From contig OZ240207.1 of assembly GCA_965197415.1 (NCBI GenBank), positions 1,053,046-1,117,045 on the forward strand: a stretch of DNA of 64,000 nucleotides, written 5' to 3'. The translations under genes and the position numbers were made by a program. Below are positions 62,508 through 64,000 of this stretch, piece by piece. Numbering within the stretch: the stretch's first letter is position 1; each line of letters begins with the position of its first letter. The stretch comes from Dehalococcoidia bacterium. GTDB taxonomy: Bacteria; Chloroflexota; Dehalococcoidia; Lucifugimonadales; JAGWBF01. Below the pieces are notes generated by a model. The model saw only the letters and a program-made list of their open reading frames with translations. It did no database searches and had not been told where the DNA came from.

Positions 62508-63012
62508 TATGAATGGGGATGTGTTGTGAGACCCGGAGGCCCCGCCGTCAGCGGCGATGGACCTCGTTGACGCGCATGGACTCCTCCTTTCAGGTGCTGA
62601 CCCGTGCCGGGCATCCGTGGCGCGGGTACTTCGTGATGGGACTGGTTGACGCTGGACGCACTCCGCCCACGGTCGGATGCCGGACGCGGAAGACGGAGTG
62701 GGGTGAGAGAGGGCGCAGCTCGCCCCAGGGTGATTCGTTGGGAGAATCGACTGCCGGGGGAGCTGCTATGAGGGGAGCGGCTGTCCTACTACTTCATTGC
62801 AGGTCAGCGCATGGGAGAAAGACGCAGCTCGCCCAGGGTGAACAACGTCAGTGGGAGAGGTGCGAGACGTGAAGCGGCGAGCCTGCTTTCAACGGCAGAC
62901 CGGCGCATGTCGAAGGTGCGGCCCGGCTGCGTGTCAGCCATGCCGCAGGGCATGGGGAGTCGGTCGAAACGACAGACGCATTTCGACCGACTGGTGGAGG
63001 ACGGGGCGCGGG

Positions 63013-63300
63013 GTGCACTCCGTCCTTCGTGTCCAACGGATGAGGCGATCAACCCCAACCGGCAGACTGGTTCCCAACGGAAGGAGCGATCAACCCCGAC
63101 CGTCAGGCGGGTGTCCAGCGGCGGAAGCGATCAACCCCCAAGCGCCGGACTGGGTGTCCAGCGGGCGGAGGGCTTATCACTCCAACCGCCGGACTTGGAC
63201 CGAGGACGAAGGACCAGCGTCAACTCCGTCGTATCAGCCCGCGCTGCCTGCGAAGGACCAACGTCAAACTCCGCATTGCCAGCATTCCCTCGTGGGAGAC
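63013..63300. repeat. Array of about 7 degenerate direct repeats of 41-45 bp (iteron-like), non-coding
   Basis: The best units start at 63045, 63086 and 63127 (GCGATCAACCCC-n-CCG.CAG.C.GG.T.CCA(A/G)CGG..GAAG). Degenerate units start near 63013, 63172, 63216 and 63260. Spacing is 41, 41, 45, 44 and 44 bp. Confidence 0.7.
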
Positions 63301-63511
63301 CGGGGGAGAGCGAATCATCCTCCGGTCATGCCCGTGCAACAGGGATCACGCACCCAGGTTTCTATGGTCGGAAACCTTGGAAAAAGCCTAACAGCACGCT
63401 CATTATCAACGGCCCGAGACCCGCAAAAGAGGGCCTGCGGCCCCCCTTTCGCAAACCGCCGCCAAATCGTTCACTAAAGTTGCCTGCAAAGCCGCCGCAC
63501 TCCCGGCCCGG

Positions 63512-64000
63512 CTACCGCCACAACAGTCGGAGGGTCAGCGTGTTCAGAAACTCCCGCTTTTTGAGCGCTCTCCGCGTGTCGAAGAGCGCCGTCCGGCGAT
63601 GGGTGACCTGCCCGTTGCGGTCGAAGCCCCTCAGCGGAAACCTAGCCGGGGGGAGCGTCATGCCGTGGTCTTCGAGCAGGCCCAGCTCCAAAGTCAGGAA
63701 CCGCTCCTCGGTGCGCAGCCAGTCCAGGCTCTTCCCCTCGTTGGGGTGAGCGTCCTTCAGACCCCGCCACTCGACGATCATCGGCCACGCCTTCCCGAAC
63801 ACCTCCTCGTCGTCCTCGGCGGGCTCCAGGGTCACGAGGTCGGGGTACTCTCGCCGCAACCTGGGCCTCGGCGGGGGTTTCCTGCCCATGCCCGGCGCAC
63901 CGCTCTCCGAGCCGTCCGCTGCCGCCTGGGAGGGACCGGCGCCGGCGTGACCGGCCCCGGTCCCCTGGGCATCGCTTCGCTTCAGGGCTTCGACCCGGCC
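63512..64000 (-). CDS. Hypothetical protein, possibly extending beyond the window end
   Basis: The track ORF is 63512-63889 (125 aa, ..LDWLRTEERFLTLELGLLEDHGMTLPP..). The same frame stays open from 63890 to 64000 (..GRVEALKRSDAQGTGAGHAGAGPSQAAADGSESGAPG-MGRK..), so the true start may lie outside the window. Confidence 0.5.
   Translation of the reverse strand, partial: GRVEALKRSDAQGTGAGHAGAGPSQAAADGSESGAPGMGRKPPPRPRLRREYPDLVTLEPAEDDEEVFGKAWPMIVEWRGLKDAHPNEGKSLDWLRTEERFLTLELGLLEDHGMTLPPARFPLRGFDRNGQVTHRRTALFDTRRALKKREFLNTLTLRLLWR

Noticed and set aside
63013-63300. 41-45-bp direct repeats considered as a possible degenerate CRISPR array
   Set aside because: The units abut one another with no unique spacers, the repeats are degenerate rather than conserved, there is no palindromic repeat core, and no cas genes are in the window.
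62811-63749. 312-aa plus-strand ORF across the repeat-rich region
   Set aside because: The composition is Arg/Ser/Pro/Gly-rich with no hydrophobic core. The ORF is generated by reading through the 41-45-bp DNA repeats, has no RBS, and overlaps a more plausible minus-strand ORF at its end.

Overview
High-G+C bacterial chromosome segment; the taxon cannot be assigned from sequence alone. No rRNA, tRNA or CRISPR array was found. All G+C statements are by eye, not computed. I read five blocks. (1) 1-9127 is a minus-strand cluster made only of exported proteins. It holds a signal-anchored PEP-utilising/ATP-grasp protein (partial), two paralogous double-Cache lipoproteins, two paralogous small secreted proteins, and three tandem secreted paralogs with near-identical leaders and C-termini. 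(2) 9600-12990 holds a GAF-PAS histidine kinase fused to a complete OmpR-type response regulator, and an NmrA-like NAD(P)-binding protein. (3) About 13.0-34.7 kb is a visibly lower-G+C accessory/defence island. It contains an orphan SMODS-like nucleotidyltransferase. It also contains a Druantia-like operon with a non-canonical gene set: HTH, DruA/DUF4338, 988-aa and 363-aa unknowns, the DruE helicase-DUF1998 protein, and a co-oriented Zn-ribbon/HEPN-like gene. A RES-domain gene plus FRG-TPR gene cassette can be reconstructed exactly after removing two IS elements (an IS5/IS1182-type and a single-ORF IS66-type, both with resolved ends and target duplications). The island ends with nuclease/ASCH gene debris, vapBC, and a truncated OmpR-type remnant at its right edge. 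(4) 35.0-59.1 kb holds a NarL-type two-component system, two 7-2-7 palindromes and a C17 homopolymer. These precede a 21.3-kb gene for a 7,084-aa exported protein with FN3, PPC-like domains, a kexin-like S8 protease with P-domain, 12 CARDB repeats, about 35 cadherin-like repeats, 'YQW' repeats and 3 C-terminal FN3. Some of its repeat blocks are near-identical. (5) 59.1-64.0 kb holds a small HTH gene, a TPR gene, a protein of four tandem Xre-type HTH domains, and about 1.1 kb of non-coding DNA packed with direct and inverted repeats. The most interesting candidates are the variant Druantia locus with its flanking NTase and HEPN-like genes, and the IS-inactivated RES + FRG-TPR pair.
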